DNA of 53,979 nt, taken from IMG/VR virus record IMGVR_UViG_3300032893_000062, positions 1 through 53,979 of that record, one strand, 5' to 3'. This DNA comes from a virus. Taxonomy: Duplodnaviria; Caudoviricetes. Both the position numbers and the translations under genes were made by a program. The notes under the pieces were generated by a model. It was not told where the DNA came from. It made no database searches and worked only from the letters and a program-made list of their open reading frames with translations. Below, one piece after another: positions 35,226 to 45,662 of the stretch; the first letter of the stretch is position 1; every line of letters starts with the position of its first letter.

Positions 35226-35647
35226 GAGAGTTGTAGCACTCCATTTGTTCCGTCTAGTGTGATCGTGAAGGTGTCCCCGGTGTTCAAAATGACCTCGCTT
35301 CCGTAGTCATAATATCCTACGAGGTTGCCCGTGGTCACGTCGTAAAGCACGGCGTATCGGAACTGAGCCATCGGCGACGCTCCTCCCGTCCACGCCGTCG
35401 GGCTTGCAAGCACAAGCTTGTAGGTTCCTGATGTTTGCCCATGCGAAGATACCGAGCAGGAGTTTCCCCCCGTCGTGTAGCCGTTACCGGACGCTATCTC
35501 ATGAGCGCTGATTCCACTGTATGTCGAATCAGTCCCGACAACGGGTGCCGTGTCGGTGAGCATGATCTTGTAGGTATCGCTCCCGAGGTTGTCCGCCTCG
35601 ACTACATTCGCCTTGAACGCCTGATAAAAGACAATCGCTACCGCCAT
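35222..35647 (-). CDS. Putative virion structural protein
   Basis: YKIML...EIASGNGYTTGG...RYAVLY...YYDYG pattern common in phage head modules. Confidence 0.55.
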   Translation of the reverse strand: MAVAIVFYQAFKANVVEADNLGSDTYKIMLTDTAPVVGTDSTYSGISAHEIASGNGYTTGGNSCSVSSHGQTSGTYKLVLASPTAWTGGASPMAQFRYAVLYDVTTGNLVGYYDYGSEVILNTGDTFTITLDGTNGVLQLS

Positions 35648-35657
35648 GTCACCCTCC

Positions 35658-37823
35658 CTATTTCCTCATCGGCTCGTCGATGATCTCGACGCTCTCAAGG
35701 TCGAGTCTCCCGCTGGCGTCCCGTTTCGCCTTGATCTTCCTCCGCATCGGTCGGTCAGGGATGTTGACGATGGCCGCAGGGACCTTTATCTCAGGCGGAC
35801 GGTAATCCACCGTAACTTGTGGCGGGCTAACCGTGACATTCGGTGGAGGAACCGTGACAGAGGGAGATTTGACAATGATCGGACGATCCGCCAAACGGTT
35901 GAAAGCCTCCGCAAGATCCTTCATAGAATCTATTACTGCGCCCCGCAATTCCTTCTGATCAGCCATGATCTTACGGTCGAAACGGTCCGGAAGCTGAGCG
36001 ATATCCTTCACGCCTCCATCCTCTACCGTCATCAACTCCCCGAGAGCTTCCGGGAGCTCGGCTTCCAGAGCCTTCTCGATCTTGACTTTCGGATCGAACT
36101 CCCCGGCAAGCTTCTCCGCAAGCCCTCCCACCTGCAGAGCATCGGCGTATGCCGGTTGCTGGTCGTTCTCGTCGATCTGCCTGATCCTCGCCATGATGCT
36201 CTCGGGAATCTCCACGTCGGGGAAGAACTGCTTCGAAAGTTCGAGAACCGCATCAACGGGAAGCTCTGCGGAGGTCATGGTGGAGACGAACGTCGCGAAC
36301 TTGTCGGCGCTCTCCGCCTTCTCCTTCGCTGTCTGGATCGACGGCGGGTTGAAGGTAAGAGCCAAGCTATTCAATTTCCTCATCCCGTCGGGGTTGTCGA
36401 AGTACTCGGGTCCGAAACAGGAAAGGGCGAGGATCTTCACCACTTGGCGAAACTGCGGCGCCACAGTGATCGAAATCTTCTTCACGCTCTCCGCCTGCTT
36501 CAGGAGGACGTCCTCACCGCGGGAGTCCGCAAGCCCCGTCGGAGCTGAGGGGAAAAGGACTGTCTGCGGAAGCTCGCTCCTCGCCGCTATGTCGACCTGA
36601 AGGAGCTGAACGAGCTCCGCGAACCCTTCGTAGTGCCGCTCCACGGCCTTTACTTCTCCGACCGAAGGGACGGTCGCGGGATGAAGGATGCTCCACGTGT
36701 CCATGACGGAGGTGTTCTGCTGCATCATATCCAGAACATCGTCTATCCCCGCCATAGCGAGCTGGGCATCGATCGGGATCTCGTGAAAGAGGATCGACAT
36801 CTGCTGCGCCATAACTGGGATCGACATAATGACGATCTGGTACGCCAGGATCGAGGTGATGTACCCCTCGAAGTCCGATATCCCCCAGCCGATCTGCGGG
36901 AGCATCCCCCAGTAGGGGAGGAGCTTCGGTCGAACCACGGCGCTTCGTCTCGTCGAGACTTCCACGCCTCCTATCGGGATGTAGTAGTGCGAAGGGGTCA
37001 GATAATCCCGCGCGGTCACGTTCCAGTTCGGAACGATCACGCAGTTCCAGCGGTCCGTCGTGACGAAGTGCTCGATGGAGTCTTTTGTAACCCGGCGGTC
37101 TTTCAAAAGTTCGTCAAGAGTCCACGTCAGAGACTCGACCGTATCCTGCTTCAACCGCGGGTAGCAGATCGCACCGCCATAGATCAATCCGTCGCGGAGG
37201 GAGTCGGCAAGTGCGGGTCCGAACAGGATCCCCTCGGCGTATTCCCCCAGAGTCTTGAACTCGTCGGGCTTCCATCCGCTGCCTTCGAACCCGTAGCCGT
37301 TCAGGAGGCAACCCTTCGCCTTCTTGTCCGTGACGACTGCGGGGATTCCGCCGCTGGAATAGACCGCCGTCGCCTGCTGAGGGCTCATCGACACCGGGGT
37401 GTAGGCGAAATTGTACATCCCGGGGTCGTCGGCGCTCCCCACGCCGCTCGCAGGATTCCAGAACCCGTCTCGAACGTACGATGCCCCCTTCATCCGGAGC
37501 ATCCGTTTCCCATCTTTCGTGTAGCGCTCGAACGTCGGGGAGCTTCGCATAGCGGAGAAAGCGGCCATCCTCATCCGGTCGGTCGCCTCTTCTATCGTCT
37601 GGAAGGATCCGCCATCCTTCACGCGCTGCGCTTGGACGTGATCGTGCATTACTTTCTTGATCGCCTCAATATCGTCTATCGGGTGTCTGATTTTGCTGTC
37701 CCTGTCCTGAGAGTCTCCGATGTACTTCTCAGAGGGGATAGAGCGGCATATTATTTCATACGCTTTCTTCACCCACGGTATCGTCGCGTCCTTCGCCAGC
37801 TTCCGAAAGTCCGTTTCCGCCAT
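35658..37823 (-). CDS. Portal protein (DUF1073-like)
   Basis: YSSGGIPAVVTD...LIYGGA...WGIS...IAARSELPQTVLF..APTGL...LTFNP; follows terminase. Confidence 0.85.
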   Translation of the reverse strand: MAETDFRKLAKDATIPWVKKAYEIICRSIPSEKYIGDSQDRDSKIRHPIDDIEAIKKVMHDHVQAQRVKDGGSFQTIEEATDRMRMAAFSAMRSSPTFERYTKDGKRMLRMKGASYVRDGFWNPASGVGSADDPGMYNFAYTPVSMSPQQATAVYSSGGIPAVVTDKKAKGCLLNGYGFEGSGWKPDEFKTLGEYAEGILFGPALADSLRDGLIYGGAICYPRLKQDTVESLTWTLDELLKDRRVTKDSIEHFVTTDRWNCVIVPNWNVTARDYLTPSHYYIPIGGVEVSTRRSAVVRPKLLPYWGMLPQIGWGISDFEGYITSILAYQIVIMSIPVMAQQMSILFHEIPIDAQLAMAGIDDVLDMMQQNTSVMDTWSILHPATVPSVGEVKAVERHYEGFAELVQLLQVDIAARSELPQTVLFPSAPTGLADSRGEDVLLKQAESVKKISITVAPQFRQVVKILALSCFGPEYFDNPDGMRKLNSLALTFNPPSIQTAKEKAESADKFATFVSTMTSAELPVDAVLELSKQFFPDVEIPESIMARIRQIDENDQQPAYADALQVGGLAEKLAGEFDPKVKIEKALEAELPEALGELMTVEDGGVKDIAQLPDRFDRKIMADQKELRGAVIDSMKDLAEAFNRLADRPIIVKSPSVTVPPPNVTVSPPQVTVDYRPPEIKVPAAIVNIPDRPMRRKIKAKRDASGRLDLESVEIIDEPMRK

Positions 37824-38355
37824 TTCCGTCTCCCTTCGCATCTCCGAAGGTCGCTATTCCAGCTGGCGCTCCGCCACCCTTCGCCATCTTGCCGAGCATC
37901 TCCTGCAGCTTCGCCAATTCCTCACCGGTCGGCTGGGGGACGCTCGCCGCCATCGCCGACTGCAGATGCGCGAGCTGCGCCTTGTACTCGTCCGTGAGTC
38001 CGTGCCGAACGATCACGTCCTCAGCGGCACGGACCATCATAAAGACGTTTATAATCAGCGTGACCGTTGCATCTGCCCGCTTTTGGATCTCCTCGTCGGT
38101 CTCCCTCATCCCCTTCTTGAAACGGTACCCGCCGATAATCATCATGCAGCGCATCCCGAACTTCACGCCTCGGATCTCCGTGTTCACCTTCGCCGCATCT
38201 ATGGCCCTTGGAGCCTTCGCTTTCCACTCCCTCAGAACACGCTTCCACAGCGGCCCCAGGTTAGGGACCACGGGAACGGTGGGAAGTTCTTGCGGGGTCA
38301 CGCCCTGCATCTCTGCCGATGCGGCAGCCGCCGCAGCCGCTTGCCCGTCGCTCAT
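37756..38355 (-). CDS. Hypothetical protein
   Basis: AAGGAGAG RBS; between terminase and portal. Confidence 0.55.
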   Translation of the reverse strand: MSDGQAAAAAAASAEMQGVTPQELPTVPVVPNLGPLWKRVLREWKAKAPRAIDAAKVNTEIRGVKFGMRCMMIIGGYRFKKGMRETDEEIQKRADATVTLIINVFMMVRAAEDVIVRHGLTDEYKAQLAHLQSAMAASVPQPTGEELAKLQEMLGKMAKGGGAPAGIATFGDAKGDGNGGNGLSEAGEGRDDTVGEESV

Positions 38356-38567
38356 TCTATTCTCTCCTTCCCTATGACTTTTCCCGTGATTCCATCAATC
38401 CCCACGACATGTCGAACAAACTTGTACTTGCTATTGTATTTACCTGGGATTGTCGGATAAACAAATTGCATCAAAAGAGGTTGATTCCATTTCACAATTT
38501 TCTTTTTTATGATTCCCCCAGGTTCTCTACCTTCTTTTCGAATCAAATCAAAAATGGTCATCCTCAT
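38352..38567 (-). CDS. 71-aa protein containing a copy of the major capsid C-terminal segment
   Basis: LMQFVYPTIPGKYNSKYKFVRHVVGI versus capsid LMEFVYPTIPGSYDTQYKFLRRVAGV. Confidence 0.65.
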   Translation of the reverse strand: MRMTIFDLIRKEGREPGGIIKKKIVKWNQPLLMQFVYPTIPGKYNSKYKFVRHVVGIDGITGKVIGKERIE

Positions 38568-38572
38568 GCTCT

Positions 38573-39871
38573 CTACGCTACCACTCTGTCGGTGATCTGT
38601 CTACGTTCCGCACGGGACGCCTCCCAGAGGTCCTTGAACTCGGCATCCTCCTGGACGATGCGCCAGACCACGTATTCGAGCGAGTCGCACCAGTGATCAG
38701 GCGCCGTCGGCCCTTTCCCCTTCTCCGGGTTCCCCTTGTCGTCGTACTGCCTGACTTTCAATGCCATCGCCAGCGGTCCGCAATTCGGGAAAAGAACCAA
38801 TCGCCCCATCTCGAAGAGCTTGTTGATGAAAAACACGCGGTCGACTATCGACGGATTGATCGCCCCCACACGGCAGAGGATGTTGTACTGCTTGATCTCT
38901 TTCGCGTATCCGAGGACGATCTCGTACCCGCTGGCGTCGGGGTACCATTTGATGATGTTCGGAGGGTAGTCGGTCCGTATCATCTTCGGGGCGTGCCCTA
39001 TCTCTTTGAAGTCCCAGAGCGTCGTCACATAGATCACCCCGCCACGGACCACGGTCCCGCAACCCCTCGAATACCCCGTGTTGAAGTCCTGCCCCACCCG
39101 CACCAAGTCGTTCGATTCCACGGCGAACGGGACCGTCTTCGCCCTGTTTTTGCTCTCATCGTACCCGTAGTAGACTCGACCCGTCGTCAGGTTGACGAAC
39201 ATCCCTTTCAGGAACGCCAGGCGCTCGTTCTCGTTGTACATCCGAACCCAAGAGGCGTACTTCTCTTTCGAGAGGATCCCCGCCTTCACGGCGGCCTCGG
39301 TCTCGCCTCGGATCAGCACGTACGGCTCGTGGGTGTCGTGAAGGTCACTCACGATCTGGTAGAGTCCCTTGTACCCCTGCGCCGTGCTCGAATAGACCTC
39401 GAACGGTTGCCGGCCGTCGGGGAAAACAAGCCTGGTTCGCTCGGAGATCGCCTTCTTCGCCTCCGTCGCCTTTTCGTGCGGGAGCTCGTCGATCTCGTCG
39501 TCTATGAACGCATGATAGTTGTACCCGTAAATGTCCTGCGGGTTCTCGGTCCCGATGCACATAAACTGCATCTTGTTGACCTGAATCAAGCTCGACTGCT
39601 TGTCGAAGTCGTACGGGATCCCGTAACGGCGAAACAGGCGAAAGAGGTCCAGAAGCAAAGTCTTCTTCAGGAATATTACGCTGGTCCCCCCAATCCCTAT
39701 CGTCACCTCGTACTTGTTGTACCGCCGGATGAGATTAAGGATCAAAGCATCGTCTCCGTAGGTTTTCCCAGAAGCATACCCGGCGACGCAGAAAAAGTGG
39801 TTGATGTGCTTGGTCTGTTTGTTCCACGGGGCGTTGAAAAGCTGCGCTTGGTGCTTGATCAAGCTGATCAT
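38573..39871 (-). CDS. terL: Terminase large subunit
   Basis: Walker A GYASGKT, Walker B IDDEIDE, STAQG, nuclease GQDFN and DHWCDSLEY. Confidence 0.92.
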   Translation of the reverse strand: MISLIKHQAQLFNAPWNKQTKHINHFFCVAGYASGKTYGDDALILNLIRRYNKYEVTIGIGGTSVIFLKKTLLLDLFRLFRRYGIPYDFDKQSSLIQVNKMQFMCIGTENPQDIYGYNYHAFIDDEIDELPHEKATEAKKAISERTRLVFPDGRQPFEVYSSTAQGYKGLYQIVSDLHDTHEPYVLIRGETEAAVKAGILSKEKYASWVRMYNENERLAFLKGMFVNLTTGRVYYGYDESKNRAKTVPFAVESNDLVRVGQDFNTGYSRGCGTVVRGGVIYVTTLWDFKEIGHAPKMIRTDYPPNIIKWYPDASGYEIVLGYAKEIKQYNILCRVGAINPSIVDRVFFINKLFEMGRLVLFPNCGPLAMALKVRQYDDKGNPEKGKGPTAPDHWCDSLEYVVWRIVQEDAEFKDLWEASRAERRQITDRVVA

Positions 39872-40332
39872 TCGCCCTTCGCCTCGTCCACGGTCACGTT
39901 GTCGGCGCTCTTCAGGTCTATGTCGTCGAGCTCCTGAGCAACCCCGATCTCCAGCTCCACCCCCTGAGTGACCTGCACCATCTGCTTCGGCATCCCCAAC
40001 CCCCAGCCTAGGAGAGTCCTGGCTGCCGCACTGCTCCCGTTCTTTGATTGCTTCCTGAGTTCATGAAAGAGAGTGTCAATGTCTCGAACCTTTTTATCCT
40101 TGTCCACAAATTGAGACAGGAGGGCGTTGAACGCCAGAGCTATGTCCTTCACTCCGCTTCCCTTCGGCCTTCCCTTCGGGTTACCGCTTTGCCCCTTCTT
40201 CCATGGCGGACGAAGATTCTTAGGGTTACCAGGATGGGTGCTTTTTTTGGTCCTGTTACGTTTGTTGTTCGGGTTGTGAAAACGGGCTTTCGCACCTTTC
40301 GGTTTCCCTGGATTCCCTTTCTTGAAAGGCAT
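39868..40332 (-). CDS. terS: Terminase small subunit (DUF5681-like)
   Basis: PWKKGQSGNPKGRPKG...GMPKQ; ATGA overlap with terL. Confidence 0.75.
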   Translation of the reverse strand: MPFKKGNPGKPKGAKARFHNPNNKRNRTKKSTHPGNPKNLRPPWKKGQSGNPKGRPKGSGVKDIALAFNALLSQFVDKDKKVRDIDTLFHELRKQSKNGSSAAARTLLGWGLGMPKQMVQVTQGVELEIGVAQELDDIDLKSADNVTVDEAKGE

Positions 40333-40489
40333 GGTCAGTTTAGTCTCCAATTCTGCCGGAGAGCTTTCTTCCAGACAAAGGAAAGCGGGGATGCTTTCGG
40401 CCTCGGCGCCGCACCCCCGTTCCTGTTCCACCAAGAGAGACGAGAGGGGAGATCCATGCCCTTGGTGTTGAGCTTGTAGGGACCTCGCG

Positions 40490-41260
40490 TCATCGTTTCA
40501 CCCACCGGGGGATAGGGTGCTCTCTCGCCCAGCGCTTCATCACGGACAGCTTCCACGCTCCGTCTCGACCCCATGCGGCATGTGCTATCCTCGTCCCCTT
40601 GCCAATCTCTCCCGGCTCCTTGCCGCTACCGAACCAATTCCACTCAGGCCCCAGGATATGATACCCAGGAGTGTACTCTGTGTCACGCATCTTCCGCAAC
40701 GGCGGGTTTGTCGTGTAGCCGAGGAGATGCATCACCTGGCCGTTGTCTGTCCATCGGGCCGTCCGCCACGCCTCGGAGGTCCACGCTCGACACCAGAATT
40801 CAAAAGGCTTCCTGAAATCGTCTCCGACAAGTGTTTTAGCTGGATATCCCCGCGTCACTACGACTCCGATGTTCGGACCGCAGCCGTCGGGGGTAACGCT
40901 GTCATGCATCGCCAGCCACTTGTCCTCAGGCAGTTCATCGGCGATGTCCTTTGAGAAGTCCGTGATCACACAGTCGTTATCGAGGTAAACCACGAGATCA
41001 TACTCTCGGATCATCTTGTTTATAGCCGGGATCTTGTACCAGCAGGGAGAGGTCATGTTCGGGAACAGCGGCCATACCGGAATCCGACCGGAGATCACCC
41101 CCGGGAACTCCTCCGCCGTGAAATCCTCGGTGAAGAACTCCCGATAATCATACCCATGATGTTTGGCGTAGAGTTCGAAACGCTCCCGAGCCATCTGCCA
41201 GAGAGCGAACCACTCGGGTTCCCCGGGATGAGCCTTGCACGTTATCAGAACTTTCCTCAT
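40490..41260 (-). CDS. GT34-like glycosyltransferase, paralog 1
   Basis: YAKHHGYDY...WYKI...VVYLDNDC...NIGV...NGQ. Confidence 0.7.
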   Translation of the reverse strand: MRKVLITCKAHPGEPEWFALWQMARERFELYAKHHGYDYREFFTEDFTAEEFPGVISGRIPVWPLFPNMTSPCWYKIPAINKMIREYDLVVYLDNDCVITDFSKDIADELPEDKWLAMHDSVTPDGCGPNIGVVVTRGYPAKTLVGDDFRKPFEFWCRAWTSEAWRTARWTDNGQVMHLLGYTTNPPLRKMRDTEYTPGYHILGPEWNWFGSGKEPGEIGKGTRIAHAAWGRDGAWKLSVMKRWAREHPIPRWVKR

Positions 41261-41589
41261 GACATCGGCCTCCACTTCTTGTCGTATCCCCCTATCCTCA
41301 TCACCCATTTGTTGAAAAGTCGGAACAGCCAATTCAAAACTCGTTGCTTTTTCTTCTCCGACTCTTTCGTCTTCCTGTAGACGAGTTCCGTGGTTATGGC
41401 TCTTGTGATGCACGTCATGCAGACGCAAGTAATCGCGTACTCTCCGCAGTCGGCAAACCCGAACCGGACCACCATCCCTTCGTTCTTCTGGACCGGGAAA
41501 TGACAACTCCCGCATTCCATCCCCTCAGGAGCTGGATGATACGAACAAGCCAGCCTGCTGAGCATCTCTGTATACGTTCTGTCATTCAT
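41257..41589 (-). CDS. Cys-rich hypothetical protein
   Basis: CxxC pairs; coupled to neighbours. Confidence 0.5.
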   Translation of the reverse strand: MNDRTYTEMLSRLACSYHPAPEGMECGSCHFPVQKNEGMVVRFGFADCGEYAITCVCMTCITRAITTELVYRKTKESEKKKQRVLNWLFRLFNKWVMRIGGYDKKWRPMS

Positions 41590-42529
41590 GACTCACCTTC
41601 TCCCACGCCGCATTATACATCATCCGAGCAAGTTCTCCGTAGGAAATCGTCGGTTTCCATCCTATTTTCGAGATCTTCGCCGCATCCCCTCGGAGCTCGT
41701 ACGCCTCCGCAGGTCGGCGGTGCGTCCCAACCCTGACTCGATCCATGCCGAGTCCGGAAAGGGACAGAACCTCTTCCAAGAAGTCCTTGATGGAATGCGT
41801 CTCCCCGGTCGCCACGACGTAGTCGTCGGGGGTATCCTGCTCCAGCATCAAGTGCATCGCCTTCACGTATTCTGGAGCGTACCCCCAATCTCGACGGGGA
41901 GACAAGTCGCCGAGTTCCACGAACTCTCTTTTCCCAGCCTTCACCTCCGCTGCCTGGATGCATATCTTCTGCGTGACAAACTCAGGGCTCCTCCGCGGAG
42001 ACTCGTGATTGAAAAGTATCCCGCAGCACGCGAACATGCCGTAGCTTTCCCGGTAGTTCACCGTAATGGCATGTGCGAACAGTTTCGCCACCCCGTAGGG
42101 GCTGCTCGGATGAAATGGCGTCTTCTCGTTCTGCGGTCCTGGCTGATTCCCGAAAAGCTCCGACGTGCTCGCCTGGTAGAATTTGATCTGCCACGTGACG
42201 GTCTTCTGGTACTGCCGTATGGCTTCGAGAATACGGACGCACCCGAGACCCGTGACCTCCCCCTGCTCTACGGGGTGCTTCCAAGAATCCCCGACGAAGG
42301 CGTCTGCAGCTAGGTTGTAGACCTCGTCCGGCTTGCTCGCCTCCAGACAAGCGAGAATAGAGCTCCCGTCGAGGACGTCTCCCGTGAGATAGACAACTGC
42401 GGGGATCGACAAATACGCTCTGGTGCTTCGGCGCCTCACCCCAAAGACCTTATACCCGAGCGCCAGGAGGAACTCCGAGAGATACGTACCGTCCTGCCCG
42501 CCCGCTCCTATTATCAACGCTGATTTCAT
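41582..42529 (-). CDS. gmd: GDP-mannose 4,6-dehydratase
   Basis: GAGGQDGTYL, PDEVYNLAA, FYQASTSELFG, PSSPYGVAKL, ILFNHESPRR, RDWGYA. Confidence 0.97.
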   Translation of the reverse strand: MKSALIIGAGGQDGTYLSEFLLALGYKVFGVRRRSTRAYLSIPAVVYLTGDVLDGSSILACLEASKPDEVYNLAADAFVGDSWKHPVEQGEVTGLGCVRILEAIRQYQKTVTWQIKFYQASTSELFGNQPGPQNEKTPFHPSSPYGVAKLFAHAITVNYRESYGMFACCGILFNHESPRRSPEFVTQKICIQAAEVKAGKREFVELGDLSPRRDWGYAPEYVKAMHLMLEQDTPDDYVVATGETHSIKDFLEEVLSLSGLGMDRVRVGTHRRPAEAYELRGDAAKISKIGWKPTISYGELARMMYNAAWEKVSHE

Positions 42530-42693
42530 CTGCCTCTGCCTTTTTTCTGAGCTTCCAAAGCTCTATCTGCAAAATCTATCGCTGTATCAACTGCAGCCTG
42601 AGGCCCATTGACAAGCAAGTCTTTATTCCCAAGCCAAGCCTTTAACCAAGCTACGTAATACAGTTGCCAATCATCTCTATCTCTCCTGTTCAT
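42526..42693 (-). CDS. Small hypothetical protein
   Basis: ATGA overlaps on both sides. Confidence 0.5.
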   Translation of the reverse strand: MNRRDRDDWQLYYVAWLKAWLGNKDLLVNGPQAAVDTAIDFADRALEAQKKGRGR

Positions 42694-43454
42694 AGCCCTC
42701 TCTCCTTCACGATGCGCTGCATCACTTCCAACTTCCACGAAGCAGATCGTCCGCACGAAACATGAAAGAACCTGTTTTCCGGTCTCGGAACCCCAGGAGT
42801 CCCGAACCCGTCTCCGATCCAGTCCTCTCCGAACCGGTGACAGAACGGCGTAAACTCCGTGTCATGGTCCTTCCACGCCAGCGGAGGATCGAACTGATAC
42901 TTGTACCCGAGGAGATCGTAGATGGCGCACATGTCGTGCCAGAGGCACCCACACCACGAAGGCGAGTCCCAAGACGCCTGGATAAAACGCCTCGAGACGT
43001 CACAACTCTTTAAGAGCATGACAGCGCTCACTGGTCCCCAATCGGGATGTGTTGCGTCATGAGCATGATACATCCCGAAAGCTTTCCCTTCAGGGAGAGA
43101 GATGTCCGCCCCAGCGTCGAGGATGAGAACGTCGGCGTCGAGGAACAACACGACGTCGAACTTCTCCAAGGACTCGGCTATCATCGGCCCTTTCAGATAC
43201 ATCGGAGAAGTCCTCACTCCAGACCGGTTGTCTCGCGTCGCCTTCGCTTGCCCCGCAGGATCTCGCTTCCATTCTTCGTATCCGAGATCAAGCCGAGGCC
43301 ACCGCTTCAAGTCCAGGTCTCCGTACCACAAAGGGCGGTACTCATATCCCCATCTCTCAGCGTAAGAGATGAAGAACTTCTCTGCAAGCTTAAACACCGA
43401 GAACCAGTCCCCTTCTCGTGGGTCAGCGGCGCAAGTGATCAGCGTCTTCTTCAT
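42690..43454 (-). CDS. GT34-like glycosyltransferase, paralog 2
   Basis: YAERWGYEY...VLFLDADV. Confidence 0.7.
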   Translation of the reverse strand: MKKTLITCAADPREGDWFSVFKLAEKFFISYAERWGYEYRPLWYGDLDLKRWPRLDLGYEEWKRDPAGQAKATRDNRSGVRTSPMYLKGPMIAESLEKFDVVLFLDADVLILDAGADISLPEGKAFGMYHAHDATHPDWGPVSAVMLLKSCDVSRRFIQASWDSPSWCGCLWHDMCAIYDLLGYKYQFDPPLAWKDHDTEFTPFCHRFGEDWIGDGFGTPGVPRPENRFFHVSCGRSASWKLEVMQRIVKERGL

Positions 43455-44203
43455 CCGCAGACCTTGAGGATCTCCCTCATTTTTGCAGCCTTCCCCGAAG
43501 GGTTCCCGTTCCCTCCCGCTATGTGATACGCCTTGACTCCTTCGATCTTCTCCTCTTTCCAGTACGTCGCCCAACATTCCCCGAAGTTCCACCAGACTTT
43601 GTCGTATTCGCTCGACCTGACCTTCCGGACGGGCGGGAGAACGGAGTAGCCGAGAAGATCCATGTAATCGACGCCGTCCGTCCACATCGGGTGAACCTTC
43701 CAAAGCTGTCCGAGCCAAACCTTCCACCAGAACGAGATCGATTCGGGGCATTTCCGCGTCATGTAAAGGCAGCCGCTCGGTCCTCCTCCGTTCTCGTTCT
43801 GCGGAACAGAATTCGCTATCCACCGGTCCCCCGGGAACCCCTCCGCGATATCGTCCCGCAAGTCCACAAGGAGCAGGTCGGCGTCGGCGTACACTACGAG
43901 GTCATACGTCTCCAGAAGTTGAATGGTCCAAGCGTACCGAAGCCAATTCGGCGCCAGCATCGTCCGATCGCGGTTCCAAAGGATGAAGTCCTTCCTCAAG
44001 TCGTAGTTGATCACCCCTTCGATGAAGGCTTCGGGGTGATGAAAAACATGATTGAATCTGACATTCAGCCCCCCGTACCAAACGGGGGAGAAGTCGTACC
44101 CGTGGCGCTCGGCGTACTCTGAAAATCTCGGTTCGGAGATTGCAAGGACCTCCGCCCAAGGCTCGTCGGGGAGGCACCTTGTAGTGATGATGATCTTCTT
44201 CAT
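43451..44203 (-). CDS. GT34-like glycosyltransferase, paralog 3
   Basis: YAERHGYDF...VVYADADL. Confidence 0.7.
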   Translation of the reverse strand: MKKIIITTRCLPDEPWAEVLAISEPRFSEYAERHGYDFSPVWYGGLNVRFNHVFHHPEAFIEGVINYDLRKDFILWNRDRTMLAPNWLRYAWTIQLLETYDLVVYADADLLLVDLRDDIAEGFPGDRWIANSVPQNENGGGPSGCLYMTRKCPESISFWWKVWLGQLWKVHPMWTDGVDYMDLLGYSVLPPVRKVRSSEYDKVWWNFGECWATYWKEEKIEGVKAYHIAGGNGNPSGKAAKMREILKVCG

Positions 44204-44760
44204 GGCTTCCTCAACACCCAGGACGTGTCAGGAAAAACCACATCCGGACCATTCATCCCGAACACTATCCTGAAAGCCCCCGCCACTTCACTCCCAGGTC
44301 TGTCGGGGATGATGTAGTCATGCCCTCCCAGGAAGCCTCCTCTTTTCACCTTCGGCCACCAGGATTGCATGTCGGCCATGGCGAAAGAGAGTGTGTGATT
44401 GGCGTCTATGTAGACGAAATCGAGAGATTCGTTCTCAACGCCGACCACGACGTCGAGAGACCTCCCCTTGTGCTTGATGATGTTCCCTGCCAATCGCGCT
44501 CGTTCATCGAAAGAAGCTTCGACATCCGCCGTAGTGTATCCGTTCGTGGAATCTCCTGTTATCTGCTCGACGGTTTCTGACCAAGGGTCGACACAGTGAA
44601 CGATCTTGAAGTACCTTGAAAATATCTCCGAACTTTCCCCTGCAAAACTCCCTATCTCATACATCACTCCTCGATTCGAGAGATACTCGCAAAGCTCTGC
44701 GAGTCCAGAGGCTATCGAAGGGTTGCCTTCTTGATTGGGATCCCGCAGCCAGACGATCAT
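44200..44760 (-). CDS. Class I SAM methyltransferase (Methyltransf_24-like)
   Basis: EIGSFAGES, VDPW, DFVYIDANH, GGFLGGHDY. Confidence 0.9.
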   Translation of the reverse strand: MIVWLRDPNQEGNPSIASGLAELCEYLSNRGVMYEIGSFAGESSEIFSRYFKIVHCVDPWSETVEQITGDSTNGYTTADVEASFDERARLAGNIIKHKGRSLDVVVGVENESLDFVYIDANHTLSFAMADMQSWWPKVKRGGFLGGHDYIIPDRPGSEVAGAFRIVFGMNGPDVVFPDTSWVLRKP

Positions 44761-45662
44761 TTTCCCCCCTTGATCCTTTCGACCACCCGCAGCGTCTCAA
44801 GAGCATCCGAAAGTCCAGGAACGGGCTGACGGTTCAGTTCTATGTCTTCTAAGAACTCGGTCATTTCGAACTCCAGCGAATCGTCAGGTGCCGGCCACTC
44901 CCAGACCTTCGACTGTCCTGTCGTTCGGTCATGCAGCATCAGCCGTTCGGGTCCGCAGCTCACCAAGCCCGAAACCTCAATCTTACCGCCCTTACCGAAC
45001 AACTCGAAATAGAATAACTTGCCCCACTCGGTGCAACTAACGTGCAACTGGGCCACTTTCTCGGTCGAGGTTCGAAGCAGCATCCAGCCGTTGTCCTCCA
45101 CCTCCATGTCCCAATAGCACGTCTCGACCATTCCCTGAACCTCAACGAAATCCCCCAAAAACCAGCGGGCTAAATCAATCAGATGAACACCTTGGTCGAT
45201 CAACTCCCCTCCACCGTGAACAGCCTGGGCCCTCCACTCCCGGTCGTAACCTGGGCGCCCCCCGTGACCGTATCGTCCCCGGACATACATCAGCGGAGCG
45301 ATCTCAGGAAGCAACTCCCGGGCCTTCCTGAACGATCGGCAATATCGATGATTGAACCCAACCCGAACCAACCCGCCGGTCTCCTTGGATACCCGGACAA
45401 CCTGTCCGAGAGCGGAAATTTTGTCTGCGGCCGGCTTCTCGACCAACACATGCTTCCCAGCTTGCAGGGCAACGATCGTTGCCCTGGCCAGAAGGTCATT
45501 CGGCGTCGACACGATGACGATGTCAATGTCCCGTCGGTTGATAACTCGGCCCCAATCGTCTCCATTGTCAACGGTGGCCACAAGACGACAACCGGCGAGA
45601 GCGGACGCTCGACGCTGTCCCATTCGGCCGAAGCCGATGATTCCGACGTTCTTTGGGGTCAT
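44757..45662 (-). CDS. Gfo/Idh/MocA family oxidoreductase
   Basis: GIIGFGRMG, GKHVLVEKP, VGFNHR, GGGELIDQGVHLID. Confidence 0.93.
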   Translation of the reverse strand: MTPKNVGIIGFGRMGQRRASALAGCRLVATVDNGDDWGRVINRRDIDIVIVSTPNDLLARATIVALQAGKHVLVEKPAADKISALGQVVRVSKETGGLVRVGFNHRYCRSFRKARELLPEIAPLMYVRGRYGHGGRPGYDREWRAQAVHGGGELIDQGVHLIDLARWFLGDFVEVQGMVETCYWDMEVEDNGWMLLRTSTEKVAQLHVSCTEWGKLFYFELFGKGGKIEVSGLVSCGPERLMLHDRTTGQSKVWEWPAPDDSLEFEMTEFLEDIELNRQPVPGLSDALETLRVVERIKGGK

